A stretch of 64,000 bases of DNA from the NCBI GenBank assembly GCA_022605425.2, contig JAKIMF020000001.1, positions 1,736,001-1,800,000 of the forward strand, in the 5' to 3' direction. This DNA comes from Hamiltosporidium tvaerminnensis FI-OER-3-3 (Eukaryota > Fungi > Microsporidia). The notes under the pieces were generated by a model. The model worked only from the letters and a program-made list of their open reading frames with translations, searched no databases and was not told where the DNA came from. Every line of letters starts with the position of its first letter. Position 1 is the first letter of the stretch. This document shows, piece after piece, positions 61,313 to 64,000 of this stretch. Position numbers and translations under genes: made by a program.

Positions 61313-61823
61313 AACGCAAAATATAGTGACTAAAGAAGAAAATATAAGTAGAATAAATAAAGAAAGAAAACTTTTGAATAAAAGGATAAAACAATCTATC
61401 AGATAAAAGTATATGCCTTAGAATTATGTTTAATACTAGTTTTTTTTATAATTCATCTTTTTTATGTGAAATTGGTATTTTTTCTATCTTATCCAAAAAA
61501 AGAAATATGTATATATGACCAGCTTAATATTACTTAGCTTTCATTTTTTAATCTCAAAAATACATTTGTAAAAATTATTTTTACATTTTTGAAGAGCTTA
61601 ATATTTGTGCTTAAAGATATAACTATATGGAAGCATTTCTTTTAAAGAAGCTAAAAGTTAAAGTTGAAAAAAAAACAAAAAAAATTATAAAATAGGAACA
61701 ATTTTTTGAACTTTTTATTTATTCTATGAATTACTCATTAATGAAACAATAATCAACGTGTCTCTTTAAAGAACATAATTTGCTAACAGGGACAGTTTTT
61801 GCGGGGTTGTCCAGCCCCAACAC

Positions 61824-62180
61824 TTATATTTTAAGCTCAGATTCTTCATTATGTTCTAAAATAATTTTTAAGCAAGTATATTTTTCTGGATATTTAAACA
61901 TTTCAATATATACATCGATGTTTAAAACCCAATACCACTCAAATGCATTCATTGGTATTTTCTTTGTATCTATAAAGAAGTATTGTAATATTGAAACCAA
62001 AGCATTTATGATCAAAAATACTTCTACAATATATAAGGTAATATGGAAAGAACTATGGAAGTAATCTATCACTTGATTACAAGATGATCTCATTGTTATA
62101 AAGTGAAGATGTGAGTCATAATATATTTCTAAGATGACTTGAACGAGTATGAAGCAGAGGATGACAGATAATGTTTTCAT
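61824..62180 (-). CDS. Possible small secreted or membrane protein
   Basis: From the ATG at 62180: MKTLSVILCFILVQVILEIYY (signal-like) and a second hydrophobic stretch. No homology recognised and no CCC motif. Confidence 0.3.
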   Translation of the reverse strand: MKTLSVILCFILVQVILEIYYDSHLHFITMRSSCNQVIDYFHSSFHITLYIVEVFLIINALVSILQYFFIDTKKIPMNAFEWYWVLNIDVYIEMFKYPEKYTCLKIILEHNEESELKI

Positions 62181-62818
62181 AAACAAACAATGTTATTCAT
62201 TCTTTTATAATAAAAATTGTAAACAAGTTTCATGTTTCCTTATCAAATAAACAAATAAAAAAATCAGATTTTAGAAAAATTAAACAAAGAATATTTCGAT
62301 TAGTTTATTAAGATAATATCTGAATTAATAGTAAATTGGTGTACAAAAAAAAGTAAAAAATATATTCTGATACGGTAAGTTAAACACAGAATATTATTTA
62401 AAATGGTAAAAATATTAAAAATAAGAATTAAAATTTAAATAAAATATGTTTATAAAACAGGTTTGAAAACTTCATAAAAATATTTATTTCGTCTTTTGGA
62501 TTGGAACAAATTGAATTATATTTTTATTAAGGATATCTATTAAAAATTAAAACAAGTAGTAAAAAATTCCACTCAATATTTTTTTATTGCATAGAGTTAT
62601 CTATAGAAAATTGGTTCAAATTGCAATATTTTGGCTATTCATAATCTTGTTTCATTCTTTCATTATATATAACTCATTCGGTAAATTTTAATGGCATTGT
62701 TTCAATTTCGATCAGCTTCTTTACATGTTTAAGTCTAATGATTTTTGCTTTTAATTTTTTAACCTCTTTTCTTAGAGGCGTGTATGTGCAATCGTATTTG
62801 TAAAGAATAATGAACTGA

Positions 62819-64000
62819 TTTGCTGACCGCTTGTTTCTGTGATCATATGAGAAGGTATTTTATAACATAATAAAATTAGAATAATAGATTAAAATTTTTT
62901 GCAATACTTTTTATTAATTTATTTGAACGCTTTTAGATAAACCCTATTTTTCGTTCTTTCTTCTGGCGTGTATGCGGATAGATCGGAAGAATGACCCACT
63001 CTTGAAATGACCTACAAAGTTTTTCATATGCGAATTCCGGCTTATATGGATCTATTCTACGCAATTGCAGCGTTCGAGATCATTATTTGCCTACTATCTT
63101 TGCAAAGATGGTCGCAGATAAGGTTTTAAAAGGTTTAATTCTAATGAATTATACGTTGAAAAATGTAAATGCGGCTACTTTACATCTTATCTTTTTATTT
63201 CTCATATCATACTGTAACTTTCATGTTATTCTTGATAAGTTTTTTTTTACCGAAAGTCTTGTATCGGTATAAAGAACAGATAAATTAAAGTATCGGGGAA
63301 GAATGATAGGCGCTTCGCTTTTTTATTGTAAAACATGTGAATAATACCCAAAAAATATGTGAATATAGAGTTATGTTGAATCTAAACAAAGTCTTCTTTA
63401 TTTATAATTTTATCGATGAACTTATATGTTGTAATTTCGCCCGGTCTTCTATTTTGCATTTTTAAATTTAATTCATTTAAATCCATGTTGTTAGTGGTTA
63501 ATATAGCACGTGTACTGATCCACTGATGATTTTAAACTTTATCGTGATATCTCGAAGAATGTTTTGATTCATTGATCTTGAGTTGATGTCATCTTACAAA
63601 AGTTTTCTGGAAATGTAATTTATTGTATAAATCCGTAAAATATTACTTCGAATTCTCTATATCTATTATTTTTTTTCCGAAAAGTGCAGCAAATGTATCA
63701 TTTTGTTTTCTAACACGTAAGTTAGTTTTTTTAATTAATTTCTTTGCATTTCTCTTTAATATTGATGATTTTAGACATGTGTTTGGTTCATCGTTCGGTG
63801 TGAGACAAGGAATAACTGATAGAGTTTGATGAAAATCACTAGACGGTAAAATTAACGCTCTTAAGAAGGTCTGTAAATTCCCTCTCGGATTTTTTAGTGT
63901 AAGATAAAGTGCTTCCAGTTCCTTTTTGTGTGTCTCTTTGTAGTATTCTACTATCTAATTATAGGTTATTGAATTCCCTTATAAATATAAAATTATATTT
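62819..64000 (-). mobile_element. Decayed Helitron, 3' part (runs off the window edge)
   Basis: Minus strand: HKKELEALYLTLKN, DFHQTLSVIPCLTPNDEPNTCLKSS, TNLRVRKQND, NHQWISTRAIL, PGEITTYKFID, APIILPR and RVGHSSDLSAYTPEERTKNRVY, i.e. Helitron helicase motifs to the C-terminus. Degenerate end GCGGTCAGCAAAT (canonical GGTCAGCTAGT). Confidence 0.88.

Noticed and set aside
61105-61394. ORFs 61105-61326 and 61164-61394
   Set aside because: By-products of the GC-richer mini-retroposon; not conserved as ORFs in copy 1.

Overview
Very AT-rich, gene-sparse eukaryotic DNA with no introns evident in the recognisable genes. It is most consistent with a large-genome microsporidian (Hamiltosporidium-like). 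That is an inference from the CCC/GGG motif before start codons, the divergent housekeeping proteins, an LRR-type lineage-specific ORF and the transposon load. Recognisable host genes: DDB1, Ars2/SERRATE, NFS1, ribulose-phosphate 3-epimerase, a kinesin, three co-oriented long-chain acyl-CoA synthetase paralogues (one with an apparent signal peptide), an LRR-like protein, a possible miniature PIG-S and two unknown ORFs. The intergenic space is full of decayed transposons: four R4/Dong-like REL-endonuclease non-LTR copies, five RTE-clade copies or fragments, and two Helitron remnants invisible in the ORF track. The most notable observations are (i) a ~235-bp bipartite retroposon made of only the 5' leader and 3' tail of the neighbouring RTE, with a perfect 12-bp TSD and a conserved RNA structure, (ii) a four-copy ~440-bp non-coding repeat family I cannot assign to any known class, and (iii) a candidate secreted acyl-CoA synthetase. 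All alignments were done by eye, so boundaries of decayed elements are approximate.
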